From contig CM052817.1 of the NCBI GenBank assembly GCA_028534125.1, forward strand, positions 106,456,001-106,520,000: DNA of 64,000 bases, written 5' to 3'. Under the pieces are notes generated by a model. That model had not been told where the DNA came from and did no database searches. It saw only the letters and a list, made by a program, of their open reading frames with translations. The translations under genes and the position numbers were made by a program. Below are positions 25,211 through 38,267 of the stretch, piece after piece. Source of the stretch: Lama glama. Lineage: Eukaryota. The first letter of the stretch is position 1. Every line of letters starts with the position of its first letter.

Positions 25211-25973
25211 TTAAGAAGGAATTAAAAGAGTTCTGTGCCTTGAGGGCCCTGAAATTAGATCCAAGAGACATGAGTTCTCATTCCAAACACACTAGCAGCT
25301 TTGGTTTTGGCCAAGTCGCTTATCTGAGCCATCCTGTCCAGAGCAGGGAGAACAGATGTGAACCACTTACAGGAAATATCAGTCTTGTGCCTCAAGACAA
25401 TCTACATTTTCTTTCATGTTAAGCTTAAGCTTAAATGCATACCCATATATTTCACAATGGGACCCAGTAAGCTGCTGTATTTTCATATATGCAGTATTTC
25501 ACTCTTGAGGTTTGGCTACATGGTATCAACATTGCTGAACTAGCTCAATTGTGATGACTTCCTGGAGATATATGAGGTTCCCTAATCCTCCCCGGATCAG
25601 ACTGATCTGAGCATAACCTAAAAAATATGTTCAATTAATCTTAACAGTTTTACTTCATCTTGTTTATAAGTCCTATTTTATGAGCCCTACTATAAGTTAC
25701 TGAACTTTAAAACATTTGACAATCTCTGCCTTATCATAGTTTCAAGAGAAAAAAATATAAGAATGATGTTTATTTTCAATACTTACTACTGCTTATATTC
25801 TGGAAAGCCCTCTCTCTTCAATCTGCATACCAAAGCTTTAAGCAGCTTCTGCCCTACTCCTCCCATGCATGACTGCTGAGGCCCATAGCAAACTCCACAC
25901 TCTACAGGTCTTTGACCACTGTTACTTACAATGCATTCCTTTTTCCAGCACTCCCAATATTTTCATTCCTGCC

Positions 25974-25976
<3 letters not shown>

Positions 25977-26049
<73 letters not shown>

Positions 26050-26077
26050 TTTTATATATTTATATATATATTTTATA
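25977..26077 (+). repeat. Compound (CT)n(TA)n microsatellite
   Basis: Seen directly. Confidence 0.97.
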
Positions 26078-26121
26078 AAGGGCTTATCACCTTTTAACAC
26101 AGTATAATAATGTTCTTTCTT

Positions 26122-26630
26122 TGTCACGGAGTTCAAGCTCATACTGTTCACCACACAACAGGCTACTAAATCGAGGGATGAGTTGTCAGGGCAAGGAATA
26201 GTGACTTTATTTGGAACACCAGCAGACCAAGAAGATGGGGGCACTAGTGTCCCAAAGAAATTTGTTACCTAAGTCAGAATTCAGGCTATTTTTATACTAA
26301 AAAAGGGCTAAAAAAAGGAAGGGGTGTGGCTGATTGTTGCAAACTTCTTGGTGTTGGAATCCTTTGTTCTTGAAGCAAAGGACATGGACATGTGAGCCAG
26401 GTCATAGTGTTCCTTTTCTGCAACGTGTTATCTTGATATGAATGGAAAAGTATTAATATCTTTAAAGGTCAGAGACTTGAGGATGGGCTCTCTTGTATAT
26501 CTCAGGCTCCAGGCAACATCCTTTTACAAAAGGTGCAGAACCAGCATGACTGAGCCCAGGAAACAGAGCACAGGGTTAGAGCTAAAGGAACAGATCTAGT
26601 ATGGAGTCAGATTTGTTCCTCCCTACTAGA
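26122..26630 (-). mobile_element. ERV1 solo LTR
   Basis: Begins tgtcac; minus-strand aataaa ~26206 and TATA ~26291; approximate cttt flanks. Confidence 0.8.
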
Positions 26631-28493
26631 CTTTCATATGTCCTCTGTGTATTGTCTGTGTCTCTAGAATAAGTTCCACAGGGCAGGGATTTGTATCTTT
26701 GAGTGACGGATATGTCTTGAGTACCTGAAACAATATCCGGCACATAGAAGGCTCACAATAATTCTTTGTTTAATATATTGCCATTAACACATTGCCATTC
26801 TGTTCATTTTTTATTTCATTCATTTTTTTGCACAAATTAAGTGTCTATAGGCTTATTTTCTTTCCAAAATTAGACCATAAAATTGAGCAACGATGAGTCT
26901 CTTCTCAACATCCACCCCTCAGCAAATGCCAAGAGCAGTATCACACAAGTATTAGAAACTCAATAAACATTTGTTGTATGATTGGTTGAATAAATGGCTA
27001 AATCAATGGTGGCTTAGGGAGATTAATCTTTGACAAGAGTCACATAGCTAATGCCATAGGTTTTTGTGGTTGTTATTTGCCTTTGTATTTGATGCAGGAT
27101 GGATGTGGGTTTTTTACTAATATGTGTTATAATATTTTGTTTGAAGGAATGATAACCCTGCACAAGAACAAGTATTTAGCTCCAATGACCATAAGTAAAT
27201 TATCAGCACAAGTGAATGTTTTCAGAAGCTTTGAGGCATCAGCCCTGCTGGGCCAAATTGAAGTTTGGGGAAAAGAAATTATTCCTGCAGAGCTCTGTGT
27301 TTTCCAACCATTTCTGGAAATCCTCAGCAACATAGAATTATACTTATTGTATCAACTTCTCTAAGAGGTCAAATTTTATTTTACTTCTCCTCTTTGGGGG
27401 AGAAAGAAAGGTAAATTGCATCATTATTTCTGTGAAATTACACAGTCAAGGAAAGTTGGAATAACATTTAGCTGTACAATATTTTAAAGATTTTTCAAGG
27501 GAAAAATTCAAGTCAAAATACACTGGATATCTTTTTAATTGTAGAAATGAGAAAATCCTGAGGTTTTTAAATCTAGCTTCCTATCTTGACTTGAAATTGA
27601 ATCTAGATGAATCAATGTAGCCAGCTGTTTATCCTATTCATAAAAATTTCTTAAAGTACGTATTTTTCATTTTTTGTTTATCTTCAAATTATAAAGTATC
27701 TAGAATATTGCTTTTATGTTCACATAAATTCTTTTGCTTTATTAATATATTATTGAATTCCAAGGGAGGGAGTGATCCAATGGTCTAAAGATAAAACAAT
27801 GGAATAACTTTGGGTTTACTATAGCTTCAAAATAATATATAATCATATCCAATAGTAGTGATATAGACACAAATTGTAAAAACGTTAAGTTATAAATGGC
27901 AGAATAATCCTAATAATTCTATGAGAGTTAACAGATAATATAAATCTATTTACAGAATGTTAAAATTAAACCCACAGAACTGTTGAGAGTAGTTTAGATA
28001 ATCTTTATTTAATAAACTTTAAAATCACTTAAACATGTAGTCTGCATATTTAAACTATTAACATTACTTCTCTAAATTGGGAGCTTTGTAATTAAAAACA
28101 AATTTTATAACATGATACAATATAACTTTATTAATAAATTAATATTATACTTATTAATAAAATGCATTCAAACACAAATATATTCTAAAAGTTTTTTAAA
28201 GTGAAAAATTAAAAATTCAACACGGAAAATGGCCACTTCCAACATTATTTTCTTAATTCTGACTGCATAATGGTGTAGAACTAAGTTGTTTCTCCAAGAC
28301 TCCCAGATCCCTGAAAGAGAAAGGACCTTTATAGAATCTTCATATTTTAAGATGAGCTTCCAGACAATCTGAATTATGCCAATTTACAGTGTTCTCTAGT
28401 ATTCTGTGCAAGTAAGCATCAACTATGTGCTTCTGACGTTACATGAGGGACCTAAGCAGATCATCTCAAATGTTGTGAAATATACTCACTCTT

Positions 28494-28642
28494 GAGGGAA
28501 GGGTATAGCTGAGTGGTAGAGTGCATGCCTAGCATGCACAAGGTCCTGGGTTCAATCCCCAGTACCTCCATCAAAATAAATAAAGACCTAATTACCTCCC
28601 CCAAAACAAAAAACAACAAAACAAAAAATTAAATAAATAATA
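28494..28642 (+). mobile_element. tRNA-Ala-derived camelid-type SINE
   Basis: A/B boxes (tagctgagtgg, ggttcaatccc); perfect 16-bp TSD aaatatactcactctt at 28478-28493 and 28643-28658. Confidence 0.95.
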
Positions 28643-29264
28643 AAATATACTCACTCTTCCTCGTTTTCCTCTCTCTCCCTTCTTTAATCCACCCTTCTTC
28701 CATCCTCCCTCCCTCTCTTTCTTCCTCCTTTCTTTTTTATTCCTTTTTTGATTTATCAATTTTATTGTAACCCCAGTTGACCAACGTATCCTTTTCAGAT
28801 GCAACATTGAATAAGGCCAATGTTTAAGTTCTAGAGGAACATTTAGCTTCTGTTTATTACAGGTGTCAATGTCTATAAGTAGATTCTAAGTCTGTCATTG
28901 TATCAGATTTGGAAATAAAACAAAATTTTTCCCACATTTATGCTCCGTATAAAGTTCAAAACAAATGATATGCTTAAAAAGTATGCCTTGTAGAAATAAC
29001 TAGGATTTTTTAAAATCAATCCAGCAATTAACTATTAAATATGCATACAATTTTTATATAAAGACATGACCTGTCAGTCACCTGTCAGTGTTGATATTTA
29101 TAAGTTAAGAGGCCCATGAATTAATTGATGCATTGAGTATCAAGTGAAAAGTTTCTCCTGAGGAGACTTGGGGAAAGATACGTAAGTGTTTAGTAAGAGA
29201 AGGTGATAGAAAATGGAAAACTAAAGTCTGAAGGGAATCACAGGCCAGTGCCCCACCTCGGCGC

Positions 29265-29272
29265 GCACACAT

Positions 29273-29305
<33 letters not shown>

Positions 29306-29315
29306 AACACACACA
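29265..29315 (+). repeat. Imperfect (CA)n microsatellite
   Basis: Seen directly. Confidence 0.95.
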
Positions 29316-29909
29316 GAGTAATTTGAAGTGTACAGGAAAGCCCCAGGCAATTAACAAATCGTAAATACTTCCTCTGGGTGGCTACTGTATATGGAATGAT
29401 CTATCCATTCACTCTGGGTGGTAAATCTGAGCTGCTTAGTACATTTGAATAAGCAGGATGTCTGGATCTCTGGATCCGAGCTTGTCACTGTCTCCAGGTA
29501 TCAGTATTTCAGGAGTGTTTCTTAAATACGAGCTAATCATGGGGTCTTGCTTGGCCAATTTCGGTCAAATGGACAATTTCTCAGAGGTAGTCCTTCTGCT
29601 TTGAGTTTTTGGCTCCCAACATACAAGCAAAGTTCTTTCATTATAAAAATTAAGCCTCAGCCAAAACTCCCTGAGTGGGTACTACACCTCTGATCTGTTC
29701 ACACTTCACCCTTCCCCTGGCTGTCTCCAACCATCTGGAGATGACCCACAAGGAGAGAGCGGAATGGTCATGGCTCTTCTTTGTCTACCTCGTGACCCGT
29801 CTTTATTTTCTTATTCCCACAGGTAGCTCCTCACAAAGTGTTCTGAATACACTTCTCAGCTTTGTTGGTAAAGCCTGGTGTGAGGTCTTATGCTTTCCAG
29901 TTAAAAAAC

Positions 29910-30268
29910 AAACATGATGGACTTGGAAGGCATGACGCTAAGTGAAATCAGTCAGACAGAGAAAGACAAATACTATAGGCTATCACTTTTACGTGGAATC
30001 TAAAAGTACAACTAAGTAGTGGATACAACGAAAAAGAAGCAGATTCACTGATACAGAGAACAAACTAGTGGTTACCAGGGAGGAGGAACTGGAAGGGATA
30101 ATATGAGGGGGGGGAGGGGTTGGAGGCATAAACTATTGGGGGTCAATAGGCTCAGGGATGTATTGTACAATGCAGGGAATAAAGCCAATATTTTGAAATA
30201 ACTGTAAATGGAAAAAAACCTTTAAAAATTGTATTAAAAATAAAAATAAATTTAAAATAAAAATAAAA
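29910..30268 (+). mobile_element. Truncated L1 3' end
   Basis: 'ctaagtgaaatcagtcagacagagaaagacaaatac', G-rich tract, A-rich tail. Confidence 0.9.
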
Positions 30269-30299
30269 GGAAGGTCATTAATTGAAACATAGATACTTT

Positions 30300-30530
30300 A
30301 ATTCCAGAGCCAGATATCTAAAGTTTGAAGCTCTTCACTCCTTACTAGTTGCCCTTGGGCAAGCCACTGAACTCTCTAAGTCTTAGGTCTCTCGCCCTTA
30401 AAATGGTAATAATAATAATACATACCTCATCTTTTTTGTGAATTACATGACGTGACATCTGGCTAGTAAGTTCCTTAGCACAGAGCCTGAAATAGGCAAA
30501 GCACATAATTAAAGATAGTTGGTATAATTT
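30300..30530 (+). mobile_element. MIR
   Basis: MIR core 'ccttgggcaagccactgaactctctaagtcttagg...aaaatgg'. Confidence 0.75.
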
Positions 30531-30814
30531 TTAATATGCTAAATTTATATTATTATTGTTAGGTGCTTAAATATTAATGAACTAAATTTATCAGGAACTA
30601 ATCCAACCTACGAGAACTTCTAAAAATCAGTGCAAATTACATGTAGCTAAACTCATGGGGGTGATATAAAAATGGATTCAGTTTTTCAAAAACTACTGTT
30701 AAAGACATCTTGTCTCCTTTTGAATATGCAAAATTTCAAACTTAAAATTTGCAAGGTTTTGAGGCTCTTTTTCTCACCTAATAAATTCTTACAGAATGAA
30801 AAGAAAATTGACAC

Positions 30815-31050
30815 ATTGGGAGTTTGAGATTTGCAGATACTGACTGGTATATACAAAATAGATAAACAAGTTTATACTGTATAGCACAGGAAACTATATT
30901 CAATATCTTGTAGTAGCTTATAATGAAAAAGTATGAAAATGAATATATGTATGTTCATGTATGACTGAAACATTATCCTGTACACCAGAAATTGACACAA
31001 CATTGTAAACTGACTGTACTTCAATAAATAAATTAGATATATATATATAA
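30815..31050 (+). mobile_element. Truncated L1 3' end
   Basis: Homologous to the L1 3'UTRs at 15650-15860 and 43900-44110. Confidence 0.92.
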
Positions 31051-32387
31051 ACTGAAAAACCTATTTAAGTCATGAATGTATTGAGTTTTCTGAATCTGGT
31101 GTTCTCCTTTTAGATTACACTTTTTCCATATTCACTAGTGTATACTCATACGTATATTTTGATTGTGAACCTGTACGTATACCATACTCTTTTTCTGCAA
31201 TATTTTCCATCATCTGAGCATAGTAAAATGTATACAATGGATCTTTAATAAATGTTGATTTGATTGATTTTAAATTAAAAAAACTCAAAGAACTATGTCT
31301 AAGCATTTTACAGGCAGACTAGTAGCAGTCAACTACCTTGAACTGTTCCTCTGTTTCAAGTTTATTCTGTCTATCACAGTAACATAATCTATCTCAAGGT
31401 TTTCACAGAGGCAGTGGTGTGGTTTTGCTTAATATCTTCCCCTTGGCCATCGGTCTCTTTCCGTGCTCTTTGGCCTGAAACTTTCTTTTATTGTATCATC
31501 TACATCCCAATAGTGTGCCTTCCACAAATTGTTCTCAAATTCACATAAGCAGATACCCAGTTAATCTTTTTTCCTAAGTATAATCCATTGTAAACTTGTG
31601 AGGATATTTTCTTCATATTATTTTAATCTTCTTTCCTCCATCCCCAAATGAGAATTAGAGGAAAGGAAAAATGCATTGGGAATTTTATCAACCATAAGAA
31701 AAATTATCTACCAATATTTGGAACTCCTGCGATTAATCTTTTACTATTTCCACTTCATAATCTTCGTTTAGGCAAAACACTGTAAGTGAGAATGTGGTTT
31801 ATACAGCTTTTGAGAACCAACCAGAAAAAATAGCTCAGTATTGAATATTAATTGAATATTGTAATGCATTTGAATTATATTCAATACTTTATCTCACATA
31901 AAAAGAAATGTACAAAACATTTTAGAAAATTATGGTTTATTTCCCACTGTTTTGCAGGAATAATGCTTAGTTTCAATATAGCTTAAGAAACTGTGAACTT
32001 TCTAACTCAAAGAAATTACAGTATGCCATGCTTAGTATCACACACTATTATGTAAAAATTATAGTCATGATGACATTTACTGTATTGAAATCCAATATTA
32101 TTTGTATTTTTAATTGCATTTCTTGAATTATTGAGATCTTATTTTGTGTATTTGATAAACATGTATGAATTGAAAAATACCCATCTCTTTGTTCTATAAT
32201 TTAAGTTTAAGTAAATAATATGGTGTTTATTTGGGGTAAAATTTAACTGATTTAGTATTCAGGAAACAATATGATGGTTCATGTTTTTACAATTATTATC
32301 AAAAAAAATAGACCCAAATGATCTGTGTACTATACACAAATAAAAATGAATGACAGTTGAACAAATACATTAAAATAAATACAAAAT

Positions 32388-32650
32388 GGGGGAGGGTATA
32401 GTTCAAAGTGGTAGAGAGCATGCTTAGCATGCACAGGGTACTGGGTTCAATCCCCAGAACCTTCTCTAAAAATAAATAAATAAATAAATAAAAAATAAAT
32501 AAGCCTAATTACTTCCCTCCCCATAAATAAATACATCATACATACATACATACATACATACGTACATACATACATACATACGTACATACATACATACATA
32601 CGTACATACATACATACATACATACATTTATTTTAAAATAAATAAATAAA
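32388..32650 (+). mobile_element. tRNA-Ala-derived camelid-type SINE with (TACA)n tail
   Basis: gggggagggtatagttcaaagtggtagagagcatgcttagc head; tail expanded into a tetranucleotide repeat. Confidence 0.92.
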
Positions 32651-34471
32651 TATGAATTGTGTCTTTCCAGATTTGATTTGACTAACTAGAAACACTGTGT
32701 GTTAGAGCGTTATTCAGCAATCAAGGAAAAGGCTAAGTTTTAGAAGCAGAACTAGCTCGATATTTAGAAAAACAAGAGAACCGTAATTTCACTACTGTCT
32801 TTATAAATGTCTTGCTTACGTTGGGTATTGATGGGTTAAGTCCCCAAGGCTGAATGCAAAAAGAAATCTTGGCTCAGAGCAATTAAAAAGACTGAAAGGA
32901 TGATGAAAAATGGGGGGTTGATGAGAAAGGAAAGTGATGTCTAACAGACGGGCCCAGGAACTCTGCTCCACCATGGCTCCTAATGTGATTACCATTGCAC
33001 AACAATGACATTCCCGGAGACTGAGCTGAATACCCTTTTAGGTATTCGATCACTGTCAATGTGTCGTGCTGCGCCATTTTCTGGAAACCTGTGTAGATCA
33101 CCACGGAAGTTCAGCACATTTTTAACCCATTTATTTTTATGTTATCATCTTACCTCCTCTGTTTACATTTGAATTGGTGAAATAGTTTAACAGTGTTTAG
33201 GCAGTTCTGATTTTACACAGTATATCCCGTTTCCCTGTTAAGGTAGTAGTATGTCTGGCTGACGATTTCAGAAAATAGATGCTATCTGGTTTCCCTGTAG
33301 GGATACACGGATAAACAATGTGATGATCAGGAGCAGGAGTTGCTCCCCTTCAAAGATGATGCTCTTAATGCTGCAATCCGCCCTGCAAAGCAGCCCAGGC
33401 TACACATCCTTCTTTGCAATGTTGGTCCACGAAGACCGGCTTCTATATATCTCCTCCAGGAGAACATTATGCTGCTATCTGATCTGTCTTTTCAACTTCT
33501 TGCAAACAAATTACAGGCCTGCAAATTGAGTCAACCCATGCACAGTGCTAACTCAATCCTAAGCTCTGTTAGTCACAGAAAAGACTCTTTCCCAGTTTTG
33601 TGATGTTGTGATTCGTGGTTTTCCTAAAGCAGAGCAACACAGGTGCACATTTCTTGCACGCCCTTGAAGAACTTCCTCTCGCGGCCCTGCACAGGCTCAT
33701 CTCTCTTAAGCTCACCTAAAGCAGTAAGGTTGTCTGGCTGTTATCCATTCTGTTGACAACTGCAGTACAGCAGTTTCTGATCCCAAACATTTCCCTAGGG
33801 AAACTGAGTATATTCCGGGTTATTGTTTTTGAGGACATTGCCTGCATAACTCTTGAAGTATTAAACAGGATGTGTAAGTGGCCTGGTTGTCATTTGTTGA
33901 GCAAATGAGCACAACAGTTGTCTTGTAATGTGAACTAGATTGTCTATAAGCTCATTGGAGGCAGAGTCACTGGCCAGCATAACCTGGTTCTGACACAGCA
34001 TCATGCCTGATGCACAGAGATAAACGCAGCCTCCAAGATTCTCCACTGATCTCCGGTTGACCCAGACAAATGCCAATCCAGGGAAAACCTTAATAGTCAG
34101 GAGGTCCACCTAGTTAGAAAATTGTGAAGTGTCTTAGGGAACAAAAAGTAGCCTAGCCACATGGCTGCTGGCATCATAACAAAACATTTAGATTTATGGG
34201 AAAGTTTCCACAGAGGCTCAACAAACAGGTACTCCCTGTCGCCATCTTACCAGGCCCGAATGTCACTGGTTAGTATCATGACTAACAGACTACATTGGTG
34301 TTTCTTACGTTAGTAGATCTTAGGATATCCTCCTAGATAAATTATATATGGTTGATTATTTGTTATGTTCAGAATAGAGGCAAGGTGATTTATACATGTT
34401 TGTGTTGAATATTACCAACAATAGAGGTACCATTTATGGCAGACAAACCAATTGGTAGAACCTGAAAGTGC

Positions 34472-34954
34472 TGTGAATGAAAACCATTGCAGCCATATCA
34501 GTAAACAAAGGATGCCGCAGCCATGAAATCATCAGCTGCTGATGTGAGCGAGGGATCTCAGGATGGAGACAAGCAGACAGCGGGGCCTCTGCAGCCACCC
34601 CCGATGATGCCTCCCTGAGGGAACTCAGGATGGGAAAGAACAGGGCACTGGCCCGAGAGAGCTAAGTGCACATCAAAGGAGTGATTTCAGTGAGCAGACA
34701 TTTTGTGCCTTCTCATACATAGAAAAGTGTTTAATTCCTTAACCTGAGATATCTGGTTTTCTTTAATTAGCAGTAATCTTTTGATGTTCCGACTACCTGA
34801 TCTTTGTCGCAAAATCTCCTACATATCCTGGCTCCTCCCCGCCTCTCCAGAGTGATCTGAGACGCTGCCTTCCTGGGCTTGAAGTCCTCAGAAAGTATGC
34901 TGAATAAAACATAACCCTCAACTTTTAGGTTGTGCATTTTTTTTTCAGTCGACA
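34472..34954 (+). mobile_element. ERV1 solo LTR (family A, copy 2)
   Basis: TG...CA ends; perfect TSD gtgc (34468-34471, 34955-34958); homologous to 14798-15281. Confidence 0.93.
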
Positions 34955-35084
34955 GTGCAATTATCTATACAGCATCTTGTCAAGTTGCTTATAGTCTCAC
35001 AGATGAGAATCAAGTATAAACACACAGGAGTCAAATAATATATCAAAACCATTATTATTAGCTGTTAAAGTAATGTTTTATAAA

Positions 35085-35300
35085 GAAATTGCTCTACAGC
35101 AGGCACTGGTCTGAGTGTTTTCCATGTGCAAACTCGATTAAACTTCTCATCAATTGAAGAAATAGGCAATGTCATTATGTAATTTGCAGAAGAGGAAACT
35201 GAGGCACAATGAAGTTTAGTAACTTGTCTCTATTCCCACAGGTATTGTGTGGTAGAGACAGGATCTGAACCCAAGTAGTCTGGTACTCTGACCTTAACAA
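35085..35300 (-). mobile_element. MIR
   Basis: 'gcagaagaggaaactgaggcaca...gtaacttgtc...ggatctgaacccaagtagtctgg'. Confidence 0.85.
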
Positions 35301-36599
35301 TAATACAGCTTGTCCTCTTTTAGAGATTGGTTTATGGTCTGCTGGAGATGCTTTTAAGGGGTGATGTTTCAGAAGAATTCAAAGGCACTTGGCAAAATGT
35401 CCTACACTCTCTCCTTATGGTCTATCACTGTAAAATGTCAAAGTAAGCATATCTTCTCTCCAAATTCATCTTATCCTTAAGTCTAAGGCTTGCAAGCTTT
35501 TAAACCTGTTTATGATGGTTTACACCATGACTCCATTCCTGGATTCAAAAGTCAAAGCCTGACATGAAGATGATCATTTTAGGAATTTGAGAATCTTAAT
35601 GTATCCTCATCTTCTGCAAAGATTTTTTTCCAAATTAAGCTTGTAGTTGCCCTTTATGTCAGAGTAGGAAAATTATCTTTTTATTCAAATAGTCCACATG
35701 GATCAAATTAAATGTAAATCTAAAAGACAACCTGATACCCTCATCAGCATGATAATTTCCAACGTAGGGGTGAAGAAAAATAAAGATTTTGCTGCTCATA
35801 ATTGAGCAAGAGAGACGTCTTTCTAACCCTGCTGCTAAAATAATCAAAGTTTAAGCTTTTTTAGCTTTATGAATACACTTTCTTTTCTAATAACAGCCTG
35901 ATTAGCATCAAGAGTACCTGTTTAACAAAATACTGCGTTTAAAAAAAACTATCAGCCTCCAGCAATGTTCCAACATTTCCTTTTATATGATATTTGCTTG
36001 AGGACTCAAAGTACTATTTCTGTTAGACTTTTAAAATGTTATTTTGCACAGTGTGACCTCATATGTCTCCTATAATATAGCTATAAATAAAAAACACAGA
36101 ATATGTATCCACTAAATAGCTATAATTCAGGCTGTTATAGCTGAGCCTGGATTTTCTTATCTGTAAAATGGAAACACTTATGTTTATGTCAATTGTTATT
36201 CAGGGAGGGAAAAGTAACAAAAAATTAAAATTGTAGCATAGTAACAGCAAAGTGATAAAAAGTCATATTAGGGTGTTTAACAAGCCAAAATAATTTTGAT
36301 CTTCCTCATCCATAAAATAAAAATTATATAAAAAATGTTTCATCGACTGGTATCATGACACAATTTTGGATATATTTATTAGTGCTATACAAAGACTTGC
36401 TTTCCAACTAATAGAGAAATATGCATTACATTTAAACAAAACGATTAATTGAATTTTAACCATTCTCTGGTTATTAGATTCCTTCTGAAAATACAAAATG
36501 AAGAATTGTATTTCTCTATATACATAACTGTTGACTTTTTAGAATGTAACTTCTAAGAGAATTATCTTCCCAAAGGAACGTAACAAATTATAGGACCAC

Positions 36600-37086
36600 T
36601 CTAGAGAACCAGAATGAACACCCCACCCATGCTCAAAATCTGGTTCCTATTTTGAGACGGATGACCCTGCAGTAAGAGTGTATGCAGAGGTTTATTCCTC
36701 ATATAATGAGGCTTTCTGGGTAGAATACAGTGGCTCCCAAACATGTCTAAAAAAAAAAAAAAGGAGAAAAAATAGAAAGGAGACTGGCTTGGGGGTTTTA
36801 TGGTGGTTGGGGGTAGGCAAGGGTGAGGATTCCCACATCTGAGCAATGGTTTGAATTGTTCACTGGCACTAAGTTGGAGGGGAGCAGTTACCCTGACATT
36901 AAAATTCCCTTGCTTACATTTGGAGCCAAGAGGGAAGATGAAGAGGTGAGGCTTAAAACCCATCAGTATTCAAACATCTAAGAAAAAATGCAGTCCCACT
37001 TTTTATTACACAAATAGAAACCACTCTTACAGTGAGGCAGGAGGAAGTACAGGGGATGATGTCAGTTGGAGGTCCTTGGCGTACAT
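36600..37086 (-). mobile_element. ERV LTR (older)
   Basis: Minus-strand aataaa ~36691 and TATA-like ~36796; ends ...gtaca; no clear TSD. Confidence 0.6.
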
Positions 37087-37157
37087 GGGAGGAGTGTGAA
37101 ATCACCCAGAGTTGGAATAAGAAGATATAAAAGAGCTTCAAGCACAGAGACAACATA

Positions 37158-38267
37158 CAGGCAGACCTCATTTTATTGTGCTTCACAGAGTCTTGATTTG
37201 TGCAAACTGGCGTGTCGCAACCCTGTGTCCAGCAAGTCTGTCGGCATCATTTTTCTAATAGGATTTGCTCATTTCGTGTCTCTGAGTCGCACTTTGGTAT
37301 TTCTCACAATAGTTCAGACTTTTTCATTACTCTTCTATCTGTGATGGTGACCCAGGATCTGTGATCGCTGATGTTATTGCCACAACTCACAGAAGGCTCA
37401 GAGATGGCTAGCATTATTCGGCAATAAAGTATTTTATACGCCAATTCTTTTAATTGAAGTCTAGTCAGTTTACAATGTTGCGTCAATTTCTGGTGTACAG
37501 CACAATGCTTCGTCATGCATGAATATACATATATTCATTTTCATATTCTTTTTCATTATAGGTCGCTACAAGATATTGAATATAGTTCCTTGTGCTACAT
37601 AGTAGAAACTTGTTATTTATTTTACACATAGTAGTTAGTATCTGCAAATCCTGAACTCTCAATTTATCGTTTCCCACTCCCCTTTCCATAAGTTTGTTTT
37701 CTATGTCCTTGAATCTGTTTCCATTTTGTAAATAAGTTCATTTAGGTCTTTTTTTTTTTTTTTAGATTCCACATATGAGTGATATCATATGGCATTTTTC
37801 TCTTTCTGGCTTACTTCACTCAGAATGATGCTCTCCAGGTCCATCCATGTTGCTGCAAATGGCATTGTTTTATTATTTTTTATGGCTGAGTAGTATTCCA
37901 CTGTATATATGTACCACATCTTTAGCCACTCATCTGATGATAGACATTTACATTGCTTTCATGTTTTGGCTATTTTAAATAGTGCTGCTATGAACACTGG
38001 GGTGCATTTATCTTTTCAAATTAGAGGTCCCTCTGGATATATTCCTAGGATTGGAATTTCTGGATCATATGGTAAGTATTAAATTAAAATTAAAATTTTT
38101 AAATTAAAGTACAAACTTTGTTTTTAGACAGAGTGCTACTGCACACTTAATAGACTACAGTATAGTGTAATAATTTTTACAGGCACTGGGAAACCAAAAC
38201 ATTCGTGTGACTGGGCTTTATCATGGTGGTCTGGAAATGAACATGCAGTATCTCTGAAGAATGCCTG
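37158..38267 (+). mobile_element. Tigger1a_Art-like element split by an L1
   Basis: ta|caggcagacctc ... gaatgcctg|ta termini; both halves colinear with 16503-17004. Confidence 0.92.
37446..38075 (-). mobile_element. Truncated L1 nested in Tigger
   Basis: Reverse complement of the L1 3' region homologous to 7980-8620 and 43527-44155. Confidence 0.95.

Noticed and set aside
33320..33482. C/D-box snoRNA (GTGATGA...CTGA)
   Set aside because: No terminal stem, too long, and no recognisable rRNA antisense element
14798..34954. A ~20 kb provirus bounded by the two family-A LTRs
   Set aside because: Each LTR has its own TSD, the copies are diverged, and there is no PBS or retroviral ORF between them
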